Shown: piece by piece, positions 35,660 to 48,300 of the stretch
Position numbering within the stretch: the first letter of the stretch is position 1
Layout: each line of letters opens with the position of its first letter
Origin: Lama glama
Lineage: Eukaryota
Assembly (NCBI GenBank): GCA_028534125.1
Contig: CM052832.1
Coordinates: 23,624,001 to 23,688,000, forward strand
Direction: 5' to 3'
Length of the DNA: 64,000 nt
Position numbers and translations under genes: made by a program
The notes under the pieces: generated by a model
What the model was told of the DNA's origin: nothing
Databases searched by the model: none
What the model saw: only the letters and a program-made list of their open reading frames with translations

Positions 35660-36130
35660 ATTAGTTATCTACTGCAAAATGAATTACCCTTAAACTCAAC
35701 TTAAAACACAATAAATATTTATTGTCTCACACAATTTCCAGGGGTCCGGAATTCAGGAGTGGGCAGTTCTCAGTAGTTCTGGCTCCAGTTGCTCCAGTCA
35801 AGACGTCAGCCAGAGCAGCAGGTATCCGAAGACTTGACTGGGGTTGGGAGGATCCTTTTTGGGATGGTTCACTCACACAGCTGGCCAGCTGGTGCTTCCT
35901 CACCTTGTGTACCTCTCTGTGCTGCTTCAGTGACCTCACAGTGTGGTAATTGGCTTCCTGGGAGTGAAAAGCCTTTTATGACCTCATCTCACACTTCGTC
36001 ACTTCTACCCTGTTTTATTCATTAGAGGTGAGTCAGAATCCAGCCTCCCCTGAAGGGGAGAGAATTGGGCTCTTCCTTTTGAAAGAAGGAACGTCTAAGA
36101 ATTTGTAGACATTTTTAAATGACCATAACT
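35660..36130 (-). mobile_element. MaLR (MLT1-like) LTR remnant
   Basis: TTAGTTATCTACTGC..CTTAAAACAC..TTTATTGTCTCACAC..GGAATTCAGGAGTGG; boundaries approximate. Confidence 0.65.
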
Positions 36131-38484
36131 CATTAGGAGATGCTGTGGGCCAAAGCAAAGCTAACTGGAACCTATGAGTGAATGAGAATCTAACTTTTTA
36201 TTAACAGTAAAGTCAAAAGGAAAGCCAATTTCCATGGAGTAAAAAGATACTAATAAAAAAGTTAAAATACTAGGGTTCTTTGAATATGTGAGTTATAGCC
36301 AATAATCAAGCTGCACTAATGTTTCTGGTAGAGGCAAATGATCAGAAACTTTTAATTAATGTTTCTATTTATAGTTATGTTTTCACATTTGATTCTTTTC
36401 AGATTTGCTTCATTGGAGGCACAGTGAGTAGATGTGACGGGCTTTGCTCAAAATAGAAAGTGAATCTTAGGAAAAGCAAACATCATTACTTATTGAGGCA
36501 AGCAATATTAATGATTAGCTTTAGAAAGAAAACTGCCAACAAAAGAAGAGTCTATGAATATAGGATTTTTTTTTCCTGAAGAGACTGATGAAGGTAGGAT
36601 TATTTTACTATTCAAATATGATACCCAAATGTTTGGGAATACACGGAAGGTTGGTTCAAGGCTTTTGAAGCTTGTAAAATAAAATTTTAAATCCCAAACA
36701 GGATGACTGGAAAAAATTTTAAGGAAAAGGATTTTTAAAAATAGTTTAAAAAGGAAAACAGGTTAGAAATAAAATTTAAAATACACTAACAAAAAATGGT
36801 ACAGATATGTAAGAAAATGATTCTTGAATAGCTTCTTTCTGTTTAAAATTGGTAAATATTCAGTCAACTCAAACTCTGGGTGTTAAGGCTCTTTTTCCCC
36901 TTCTCTGTCCCCTGACCCCCACCCCCTCGCCTCCCAGGAAGGGTCTAGAAGGCACCTTTGGTGTCGTCAGCCAGGGTAGTGCCTATAACCTGTTGCCCTC
37001 TGCTGCCTCCTGCTGACCCGGGTTGAGGAATAGCTTTTCTCACCTAATTTTGGGGCACAGACTTCTGTCCCGTCTTCGTCCACCTCTGATGTCAGTGATA
37101 GTCTGTCCTCCAAAGAAGCTTTTTTGCAGGACGGTTGCTCCCAGAAAACCTGGCAAACGTCCTGTGCTGACTGGCTTCCCCCACTGGCCCTGCACTGGGA
37201 CTTGGTGTTTGTGAGGCTCAGCTCTTCCAGCGCCCAGTTCTGGGCTGTCCACACGCAGCCCTGGCCATGACACTCCTATTCCGTGCCCATGCATGGCAAA
37301 CCCTGGACAGTCACAGTGACTCTTAATTCCCTTAATTCTTCTGCATTCATGGAATTCTTCGGGAACTTGTCCATGCCACAAGGAGGACCAGCTGGATGCT
37401 CTCTGGAGCCCATCTATTCCCTCCATCCTACCAAAGCAAGGTGGGGAGGATACCAGCGGGGAGAAGCAGGCATCAGGCCTAGGCAGTCTCAAATTCCCTC
37501 TAGAGCTGTCTTGACTTCTAATGGTTTTCCTAATGTCTGACCCCAGACAAAGACATGGAGGATTGAGTCTCCTCTTACAGACCAGGAAGCGTCCTCACCA
37601 TGTTCTCAGCCTCTGAATGTCTCTGTCTCTTCTCTCATCCCCGTCCTTGATTCCTTCTTCCTCCTTCCTTTCCTGTCTCATAGGCACTACCTTTCTAGCA
37701 GAGTCGTTCTCTCTATACTCTGACTTATAACAAAATTCTCAGACCTCCAAGCTTTGCTTGACTATGTAAAAGAAGGCTTTTGGAATTAAAACAATTCTTT
37801 TCTCATTCAACAAAACCTGGCTCTCAAGATGACTTATAACCTAGGTGAGGTCTGAAAGCTAAGCTGTGTTCAAGACAGTACCCACCACCCCGTGAAGGCC
37901 GGCATGCGTGTCACTGACACAGAGCAGAGAACCAGAGGGTAACGTGATTTAAGGCAAATAAGATACATCTGTTTAATATTAACAAATATCCCCACAGCAC
38001 CATTATTCACATTTGTTAAGTGTAAAAGACTTCATATGCATTGTCTCCTGAAATCATTTCCACAACACTTAGAGGAGGTAGTGTCATTGCCCCCATTTTA
38101 CAGATGACAAAAACTGAGTTTTATGTGAAGGATCTTTCAAGATCATAAGGGCCAGAAAATGGTGAAGCCCAGCTTCAAATCCAGGAAGATAGTCAAAATC
38201 AGGCTCTGTCAGTCTCAAAATCCTGTCCAGAAAAACTGCATAGTGGTTGTCGCTGTTATCCTTGACTCAGTGTTTTGGATTTTTCTACAGAGAAGGGGAA
38301 ACCACAGAAGTGGCGTTCCTCCTCTCCCCCCGTCAGCTCAGAGACTTTGCTGTCTGCACCACCACCTTTTGGTGATCTCCAGCCTCTAAGGAAATGAAAC
38401 ATAGCTCTTAACCAAAGGTTGGGGCATCCCTGAAACAAATTATGTAAAGAGAGAGGTTAGATCCTTCTTCAAAAAATAAAAAAT

Positions 38485-38630
38485 GGGGGGGCGGGAGGCA
38501 TATAGCTCAGTGGCAAGAGTGCGTGCTTAGCATGCAACAGGTCCTGGGTTCAATCCCCAGTTCCTTCATTTACATAAATAACTAAATAAAAACTTAATTA
38601 CCTCCCCCATCAAAAAAATTAAAAATAATA
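38485..38630 (+). mobile_element. tRNA-Ala(AGC)-derived SINE (vic-1-like)
   Basis: TATAGCTCAGTGGCAAGAGTGCGTGCTTAGCATGC..GGTCCTGGGTTCAATCCCCAG, then (TAAA)n, TAATTACCTCCCCC and A tail. Confidence 0.9.
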
Positions 38631-38639
38631 ACTTAAAAA

Positions 38640-39110
38640 AGCTGAAATAACAAGCTTAGTCTAGTTTAAAATGTGGTAAGAATAAGGGGGAGCATCACTC
38701 CCCACGCATCAAGTGCCAGCTACACAGTGACTTCCTTCTAATGAGTATGGAAATGGGGGAAAGAGAGAAACTTTATAGTGGAGAAACTCGACAATCACTA
38801 CATTCAGGTGACCAAGGTCAACGTCAACAGTGAAAAGTGGTGTTGGTAGCATGTACCCTTGACATGATGTGATGAAAATAGCACGTTACTACATCTATGG
38901 TATTCCTCCCATAGACCTATAACCTCAGTCTAATCATGAGAAAAATGGCAGACCAATTTCAGTAGAGGGGCGTCCTATAATACATCTTACAATACTCCTC
39001 AAAACTGTCAAAGACATCAAAAACCAAGTTTGAGATACTGTCAAAGCCAAGAGGAGCCTTAGAAGACATGCCAACTAAATGCAATGTGAACAGAAAAAGG
39101 AATTAGGTAA
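38640..39110 (+). mobile_element. Ancient L1 (L1MC-like) 3' fragment
   Basis: ACTTTATAGTGGAGAAAC..GTGACCAAGGTCAACGTCAACAGTGA..CAGTCTAATCATGAGAAAA; boundaries approximate. Confidence 0.65.
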
Positions 39111-39934
39111 AAACATACATACATATATATTAAATGTGACACACACCCCAAATAGTGTAAAACGCACTGGAGTTTGAGTCAGGAAATAGCCATTCTATTA
39201 CTAAGTCACAAAATATCCACCTAAGCACTCTGGACTTCAGTTTCCTATAATGAAACAGTAACTCAAGAAAAACATATTAAACAAATGAATAACAGAATGG
39301 AAAAAATGTTTCACAATCTGACAAGCCACCACAAAGAGCAAGGTCATTATCTAAAGTATGAATACATAAAACAACACAAGTATTGAGAGAAAATCCTCTT
39401 TTCAGCCAAGAGGCTGCTTGTTAGCAAGACTTGCCTGTGAAGTCTCCCTAAGGATGAGGTCCGTCCAGGCTGAGTTCCCAGAGCAGGTCCCAGAGCTCAT
39501 CAAGGAGCAGCAACTGGCCAAGGTCAAGCCATTCCCAGAGTGGCCCTCCTCCTCCCAACTCCCACTCAGCGATAACAGCTGCCACCAGCCAGGGCCACTC
39601 TCCACCCCTCAGGAAGCACGGGTCTCCATTTTTGGAGACAATAAAGCCCGAATACAACAGATACTTAACAATGTTGAAGAAACAACTCACCCATTAGTTG
39701 TGGGACTGGCTTAGTGGAACTTTATAGGGCTTTTCAGCCTGTGAAGTCTAATGTCTCTGGTTACTAACTCCATGCCTGTATCAACCTTTCAGGAAAAAAG
39801 AACCCTCTGTGCAGGAGAACTAGTTTCCCTTATTTACAGCATCTGGCACAGTGGACTGCATTCAGCATCCGTTATCATATTTCCTGGCCAATCAGCTTTG
39901 TAGAAATACTGCCGCTTAATAAACTACTTTCTCT

Positions 39935-40672
39935 TCCAGTTTTATTGAGATATAATTGATACACGCCACTGTGTGAGTTTAAGATGTACAGCGCGACTTG
40001 ACTTACATACATCGTGAAATGATGATCGCGGTTAAGTTTAGTGAACGTCATCTCATGTAGAAACAAAAGTAAAGAAAAAAATTGTGTGTGTGATGAGAAC
40101 TCAGGATTTACTTTCACATATACTACACAGCAGTATTAACTGTATTTATCATGTTGTACATGACATCCCTAGCACTTGGTGATCTTCTAACTGGAAGTTT
40201 GTAGTACATTTTGACCACATTCACCCAGTTCCCCGTCCCTCCACTCTCCACCCCTGCCTCTAGTAACCAGTCTTATTCCCTTTGTCTGTGAGTTTTTATG
40301 TATGTTTATTTTTGAAGTATAGATGACCTACAGTATGTTACTTCCTGTTACACAACATATAGTGATTTTTTTCTTTTATCTCAAAGTGATCACCACCAGA
40401 AGCCTGGTGATAATACGTCGCCATACAAAGATGTCAGTTATTGACTGTATTCCTCACACTGTACACTTCATACCCATGACCCACTTCCTTTTACAACTGG
40501 AACTCTGTGCTCCTTAATCTCCCTCACCTATTTCCTTCTCCCTGCTCCCTGCCCACTGGCAACCACCTGTTTGTATCTCTAACTCTGTTTGTTTTGTTAC
40601 ATTCATTTGTTTTGCACTTTTTAAGATTCCACATATAATTGAAATCATGTGGTATCTGTCTTTCTCTGTCAC
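39935..40672 (-). mobile_element. Older L1 3' region
   Basis: TTTTATTGAGATATAATTGA.., CTGGAAGTTTGTA..TTGACCAC, AGATTCCACATATAA..ATCATGTGGTAT typical of L1 3' UTRs; boundaries approximate. Confidence 0.8.
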
Positions 40673-42160
40673 TGCTTAATCAGCGTTAAAGGAAAAGATA
40701 TATTTCTCAGTAATTTAAATCCGGAGTGAAATATTCCGTGTAAATTTACTTTTTGGAGAGAAAGGAACTATGGAAAGCTGCTTAGGCTATGCTGACTTCT
40801 CTGCTCCCGTTCAGCCTTCCCACCCCCCTCATTTTCCAGGCCCTTAGCTCTGTTATTTAATGTGGGGTAGAATTCTGATGTCATAATAACAATGCATGCC
40901 TTTTTGTTGAGTCAAGTCAATAAGCAGAGCTGGCTTTTATAAATACCAACTGCCATCCCAGCAGGTGAGTCCTTCCGTCATTACCTGTGAATGATTTTCA
41001 GTGAGTGTGTCTGTTATCACTCCCTAGGATGTAATCCTTAAGGAGCGCCAATCTAGCTCGGTACGCCTAACCGCATTTTGGAATAGAACAGGCCAATGAT
41101 ACGGCCAGGTTGACATGTCCTACCTAGCCATATTCACTTTTTAAAGAGGTGAACTGGTCTCTCCAAATAAATTAAGGGGATGTTTAACAGTAATTTAAAC
41201 AAATCAATGTAAGCAATTAAAAAATCTTACTTTGTAACTTACGTACTTTGGGAGTATATCTTAATTGCTTAGAGGCCTTTCCTCTGGAAGGATCCCCAAA
41301 CTTTGAAAACTGGGATGCTGAGACAGGCTGATGATTACCCGAAGCAGCACTTAGGTCTCTGGGAAATAGCTTTGCATTTGACACAGGATGGAAACACATT
41401 GTTGCATGGTCCTGTTCGGTGGGTTAGACTCAGTTTTTTTCTTGGAACATGGACAGGACACCGAAGGATGAGAGAAGTGGGATAGCTAAGAGGAGACAAG
41501 ATGCTGGAGCATCCGCTTGTCCACCAGGTTACCTTCCCTATGAAAGATGGACACAGAATGCCACACTAGATTTTGGTTCTATGCAAGGAAACTTTAACTG
41601 GATGTTGCCACTCCTGGGATAAGAAAGAAAGGGAAAGAAGGCAGAAGATGTGAGAAGGAAAGGGGGAGTCATTCCCAGAAGCAGGCCAGAGGACAAGTGC
41701 AACTGAGCATGTAAGAAAAATGTTGGGAGTTTTAAAATATATATATTCCTAGATTAAACCCTAGGAGAGTCTACAGGTCTGGGGTGGGGCCCTGGCAGTG
41801 CACGTTTGAAATGCGTCCCATCCGATGCTGATGCCAGATCTGGGGGCTCCTGTGGAGAAGCCAAGTTTGTGCTCAACCAAATTAGGATCTAATTCTTTAG
41901 CTCTGGGCTGGACGGGGAGGGGAAAGGGCCTGATGATATTTCAAGTCAGTTGGTTACGATACTTTCTTCTATTCTCTCCTTTGCCTTTTTCCCCCTTTCA
42001 AGCCAACTCTTTTGTGTTCACTGCCTCAGGGGGAGAATAAGCCAGCGCGAAAAGGAATAACTTCCAATGTCTTCCAAAAATCTAAGATCCTTAGGGGAAT
42101 TAGATACACAAGAAAAAGATCTGAGAGCTGGACGGTGGGGCCATCCCCAGAAAAAGATAT

Positions 42161-42163
<3 letters not shown>

Positions 42164-42220
<57 letters not shown>
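42164..42220. repeat. (TA)n microsatellite, about 28 units
   Basis: Uninterrupted AT dinucleotide run. Confidence 0.98.
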
Positions 42221-42224
<4 letters not shown>

Positions 42225-42694
42225 TATAAATAAAGTAGAGAAAGATTGTCCAGGCGGTGGGAATTTAGAGGTGGGAGGGGAACCGAGAGAAGAACTCCGT
42301 GCCCTTCCCTGGGGGAAGGCAGACCCGAAGAGAGTCTGTAGGAGTTGATGGTCATGAGCATCGAGCTTCACTCCCCAAAGCAGAGGCCTTGGAGAGGGAA
42401 GGGCTACACTGTGCATCTTGGCCCAGTGGGCCAGGGAAGGCAGGCAAAGGCCTGGATGGACGGGGCCAGAAGGCCAGGGACGCGAGGGGCCTTGGCAACA
42501 ATCTGCATGGGCAGGACGACATCCAGAAACAATGGCCCCCACAGCACTACCAGTGCCCTAGGCACAGCTCTGGGAAAAGCTGGGGTGGTGACACCGCATT
42601 TGGCTTAGTTTATGTTTCTGCTACCTCTGGAAAATGGGGTGTGGGAACAGAAATTCTGTTGAGTTAAAGAAATATACATTTTCAGTGTTAAAAA

Positions 42695-42885
42695 AAAAGT
42701 TGCTAAGAGTAGATCTTCAAAGTTCTCACCATAGGAAAAAAACTGTAACTATGAAAAATCATTGACATTAAACTGATTGTGGTGATCATTTCACAATATA
42801 TACATAGATCAAGTTGTTATGGTGTACACCTCAAACTAATACAATGTTACATATCAATTATAGCTCAATAAAACTGGGAAAAAAG
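42695..42885 (+). mobile_element. Older L1 3' end (L1MA/MB-like)
   Basis: GCTAAGAGTAGATCTT..GTTCTCACCA..GGTGATCATTTCACAATATATACA..TGTACACCT..CTCAATAAAACTGG + A tail. Confidence 0.82.
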
Positions 42886-43014
42886 TTAAAAATTATAACT
42901 TGACAAAAACATACTGAAGAAAAATAAAAGAAAAAAATTTCTTTAAAAAAGGAAATATAAATTTACATGTCTTGCATACCTGAGATCTGCTCATGTCAAG
43001 ACGTATCTGCTACA

Positions 43015-43143
43015 GGAGGGAAGGTATAGCTCAAGTGAGAGCACATGCTTAGCATGCTTGACGTCCTGGGTTCAATCCCTAGTACCGCCTCTAAAAATAA
43101 ATAAACCTAATTACCTCCCCCCAATAAAATAATTAAAAAAAAG
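43015..43143 (+). mobile_element. tRNA-Ala(AGC)-derived SINE (vic-1-like)
   Basis: Same head and TAATTACCTCCCCC tail; 16-bp TSD agac(g/a)tatctgctaca at 42999-43014 and 43144-43159. Confidence 0.92.
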
Positions 43144-45189
43144 AGACATATCTGCTACATCAGCAGTTAATCAAATGAATAACCGTGGCCTCTTGGGATA
43201 AATGACTTAGTGTCGGGGAGGGGTGATGTGCTTGCAGTTGAATTTCTTCCGATTCCGGTCAAGAGCCAGGATGTCTTAATCTCAAACTAAAGATCAAGTG
43301 TAGAGTTGTAAATCACTCCAGCGTAGAAGCAACTCTCTAATTCAAGACATTCTGAAATAAAGCAAAGAAGCAGAGTGGCCAGATTTAGCAAATAAGTTGT
43401 CTCTCGCATAATTTGCTTTGTTAGGGACGTTCTTATACTAAAAAACTATTCATTGCTTATCTGAAATTCAAGGTTATTTGGGTGTCTTATTTGTTATCTG
43501 GCAACCTCGCAAAGAAGGGAACTCAACAGGGGAGGGGGCCCAATAGGACATCTCCCACCCCTTGGTGGTCTGATTAGCAGAGCCTTTCCTCTACTCCAGA
43601 AATCCTGCCAAGGCCCTGGCTGAGCAGCAGCTGGACAGACCTCAGTGAGAAGAGGCAGAAATGTCAGTGGATCAGCAGCTTCCGTAAACATCTCAGGCTC
43701 ACTCCCTGCATCTGTCCATTGGTTGTGACAAGTTCTAGAATGCTGCCTGGCTTAAAGAAAGGAATGCAGGTTTTGAAATCTGTCAGACCTGTGTTCAGAG
43801 CCCATCCTGGCAACTACCAGGTGCATGACCTCGAGTAACCACTTAGCCCACCTCTTGTTGTAAGGATGAAAAATAAAGCACGTGAAGCCCAGCGAGGTGC
43901 ATGGCTCACGGTAGATAATCCCGAGTGGTATTATTTCATGCACTTAGTTCCTGAAAGAGAGTGTGGGAAACCTTAAAATCACATTCCTTGGGCTCATCCT
44001 TGCCTCTGGAAGATCCTACTTGGATACTGCAATCTTTTCATCTTGATAAGAACTTGCTGTCATGGAGGAATTTAGGAGGGTCTGCCTAGTTTCTTGAAGT
44101 TCAGTCCATGATCTTCTTTCAAGACCTCTAGGGTAAAAGGGTAAGTTATTCTAAGTCAAGTATACACAGGGAGGGGAGCATGTTAGTCGTAAGATCAGTT
44201 TAGCTAGAAGTACAGGCCTGAACAACTCAATAGCCATCTTGTTAGTTTCCCACTCTTTCAAATCCCCACTGTTAGTTAATTCCTTCCATTTCTATGGGAG
44301 TAGGGAAATGGGCATTACTCTCCTCTAGCTGCTTCCTGCTGAATCGGAGCATCGTCTGGGGCACCTGAAAACTAGTTAGATTCTTTGGTATTCACTTCTG
44401 ATGCATAGTCCTCTGCGTCTCCTTTGTCCTGAATTTGAGATCTCATACCATTTGAAAGTAAGATTACATTTCTAGATTCATCAGGTATAAAAGTATAATA
44501 GGCAGTGAGAATCACGTCACCAACTCCCCCTTGAGAGGCAACCTCAAGTATCTCTAGAGTATACATTTTACAGTATCTTCTTTTAACCTGGTCTTTCCTA
44601 CTAAAGAATTTATTTACGTCTAAATAAAGGGCAGGCTCAACACGTTCCCTAGCTGAGCGTCCCGAACACAATTCCACTGAGCCCAGGGGGTGGGGACGAT
44701 GCTGGTTTACGCGAAGATTTTATTCTACCTGAAAATTGTTTAAAATAAAGAATGCAAACTTAAAGCTGTTTATGCAATACATATTTCCCAGAGGAAATTT
44801 ATCTGCATTAAGTGTTTACACAAAATTCTTAAAAAGTAAAAGTACAACCATTTCTTCTTGTCCCTGAATGGCCAGACCTGTGTCAGCATCATGTTTCCAT
44901 CTGCAGAACATAAGGCTCAGAACATAGCAAATATTTGCTGAATAGTATTCCAAAGTTTTGGTTTTAAAGGATATATCTTTCTTTTGTTAGTTCACAGTTC
45001 CGATTTTGGTCTAATCCCACAGGGAAGCCACTATGTTCATCTGATGACATAAAAGTGAGTTTTTTTTTCTGTAAGCCTCTGACACAGCAATTAGTATGTG
45101 GTCTGAGGTAAACTGTGTTTAAAAAGAAAGGGGGGATTAAAGGTGTTTTAATAATAAAAGATTATTTTAACAAATTTTAAAGTATTTTT

Positions 45190-45312
45190 AAATTGAAATG
45201 TAGTCAGTTACAATGTGTCAATTTCTGTGCACAATGTTTCAGTCCTACATATACATATATATATTCATTTTCATGTTCTTTTTCATTATAGGTTACTACA
45301 AGATATGGAATA
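45190..45312 (-). mobile_element. 5'-truncated L1 3' end
   Basis: Same family motif; TSD TAAAGTATTTTT at 45178-45189 and 45313-45324. Confidence 0.85.
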
Positions 45313-48300
45313 TAAAGTATTTTTGAAAAACACAGAATAAAAGCCATAACATGAAAGTTGTTGGGAGAAATAACAAAGTGCAAACCCTCTGTGAATGTGC
45401 ATTCATCCACTTCATAAACATTTATCCAATTGGCACCTGGTCCTCTGGATAGAAAATGTTAGGAAACCACGAAGTGGCAATAAGGAGGGGCTTTTCTTTC
45501 TTATGTATTATTTAATAGTCCTTCATTATTTATGACGTTAGTAAGTGATCCTCTGCAGGTCTGTAGCACCATTCCCGCAAGGTACCGCTCATTTCCCCTT
45601 CGTTTATTTTTCAGCTTTTGCATTTGGGTCAACAGGGAGCCAGTCTGAAATCAGAAGCCTGACTTATGGACCCCAAAGGTGAGTTCAGGGCGGCTGCAGA
45701 CCCAGCAAAACTTTTGACCGAGTTTTCAGAAATTGCTCATCGTGACTATTGGTCAGAATCTAAAATTTGCTCTCACCTTTCTCATCTTAGTCCTCCCTTC
45801 CTCTCTCTTACGTCCCTCTTTAAACATCTCTCCTTTTCTTTTTCTACATTGCTGGCACGGGTAGGAAGTTGTCAGGGAGAGTTGCTGAAAAAAGAATTGA
45901 AACAAATGATCTGACTCGTCTTGCTTAGACCTGATGTAGAACTGGCCACTGGACTTGGCTTTCCTTAACTTGAACTGAGGACAGAAAGCTTCTAAGAACG
46001 ATTGCATTTTCTCTCTTAGTCTTTAAGGCTTTTTAGAGGATCCTGTTCTAAAGTGAGTGGTGGAGCAAAGGAAGGGGGAAAATTCAGCTCCCTTTTGTTT
46101 GTAAACCCAAACCAAACCTTGAGAAAAGGAAGAGGCTTTATCTGCGGAAGCAGAGCCGCAACGTGCAGGCCCAGGTGGGGAGGAGTTAAGGAAGAGGCGT
46201 AGCTATGAAGGCCTGCAGTGAAAACAGAAAAATGGCTTTTCCTTCCCACCTGTCTGCTCCCACTGGCCTTTTGTAGATGTGCGTCCTCACTGCCCCGCAG
46301 CAGACCACTACCTGTCTGCAGAGTCACTGCCCTTCTGCATGGGACCATCTAGTTTGGCAGAGACAAGGGATGACACTCCAGCCTTAGGCACGAAGCTAAA
46401 ATCATTCATTGATCTCTGCCCTTCAGATGAAAGAGACGGGCCTCAAAACAGGTGCTTCTTGTAGAAAGTGCTTGTGAGTTGCTGCTGACTCGCAGGGGAG
46501 CAAGATTTTATGACCAAGCAAGTGAAACAAAGCTGGTTTAACTGTTACTAACGTAAAGCATCTAGGTTGTGGTTGGGATTTAATCGTGGCTGGTGGAAGC
46601 CGTGCGCTGCCTGGTTAGGGCCCCCTTTGTGCTTTGATGCTTTACTTCTATGTGCGGTATTTGCAGTGGACTCTAAACCTTCAGGGGCAGAGGCAGCTTT
46701 CCCTAACCTGCGGCGGTCTGTTCAACAGGCTTTGTTCTATGTCTGCAGAGTTGCCTTCTATTTGGCAACCCTGCCTATTTAATATCGAATGTACAGCAGT
46801 ACAACTTCACTCCTGTTTGCGTCCGAGATTAGAAGAGTTCGTTTTGTATTTTGGTTTTGAAGAACCATGTTTTTTGTGGCTCACGATATTGTGTTGTTTT
46901 TACAATGGACCCCAACAAGGTGAGGCAGGTTGAAGACACAGGCCATGGGTTATACGTGCTGGCTTAAAATCATCTTGTTAACTAACCGTTATGTTTGGTT
47001 CATGGCTCTGTTAAATCAGCTCTGTTACGTGTGATAATAGACAACAAGACTGGACTAAATCCAGAATTTCATTTCAGGGAATAGTCTAGCTTCCTTTGGA
47101 AAAAGAAGCCCATGAAAATAAAAGCTGTTTCATTTCATTTCTGCTCACTGTGTGGTAAAGATGAAATGTACCGAATGTACCAAATACGAGAGGAAAAAAA
47201 TGTGTGCTCAATAAGCTGCTGGTTCATCAACCCTTACATTGTTGGTTGGAGATTAAAGAACAGAAATTCCTAAGCCTGCTCTTTACAGAAACGTTGGTTA
47301 ACTCATTACTTTGATGTCGTGATGTGTAAGTGTTCATATGAACAAGTGTGCGTATTCTACAGGCAGGGAGGTGTGTGTGAGCCTTTTAAAAACGATTTTT
47401 CATTTCTTGTGTTTGACAACTTTTTAGGCCTTCCCTGTGGTGAGTTAACAGCTGTGTGTTGTGGGAAGAATAGTTCTGATGACCAACTTCAGGGAAGGAA
47501 TCTTTAGTCTAAACAGCTGTTATTTAATTTTTTCCAGAAGTAATTTTGGGAGAAAATACTGTATCTGAATATTGTCTTGACTTCATAGCACCTGCTTAAG
47601 AGATCAGGCTGTTAGAAGTAGGTACTGTCTTTAATTGTTTTCATTTGTCTAGTAGAAAGTTACTATCGCTCCTGTCCTTGCAATTTAGGAAAGTTAAGTC
47701 TGTAGATTTTACTCCAAGTTGTCTGACTTCTTATCCAGAATTTTAGATATTAGACGCTAACCCAGTACGAAGAATACTCCCTCTTAGAAATCCTACGTTA
47801 AGAATGGTTTCGTGAGTGCTTCCCGAAGAGAAAACCCACAGCAATTCTAAGGACGTAGTCTGAGCTTTCTTTGCAGAATTTCTCACTGCTCAAAGCTTCT
47901 TGGATCATGAGCTGGTTTACTCTACATCTTTGTTTTTTTTTTGTTTCTCATGAATTAATTCTAAAGGAAAACTTTTACAAATAAAGGATAGTTGGGAATT
48001 AGCAAAGTGCTCTTTACATATCTTTGCTGAAGTGTAAGTCATAACTGATGTTTAGTTTCAGACGAGTAACATCTCAGATGTGCTTTATGAATTCTGCATC
48101 ATGGTTTATTCTTGAAAAAGCACTTCTTAGATGTCATGTGCTTATGAGTCACCTGGCGATCTTGTGGAAATGCAGACTCTGATGAAGCAGGCCTGGGATG
48201 AGCAGAGATCCTTTATTCTGACAAGCTCCCGGGGGCTGCTGCTGCTAGCCCCTGAGCAGCAAGAGGCCGAAAGACACCATTTAAACTGGGGTAGGTTGTG

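Noticed and set aside
38485..38570. Possible functional tRNA-Ala(AGC) genes (also 617-690, 34644-34717, 43015-43090)
   Set aside because: Stem-disrupting changes, shared AT-rich tails and TSDs identify them as SINE copies.
42012..42542. ORFs with IYIYIY runs (also 13008-13328)
   Set aside because: Translation of (TA)n microsatellites.
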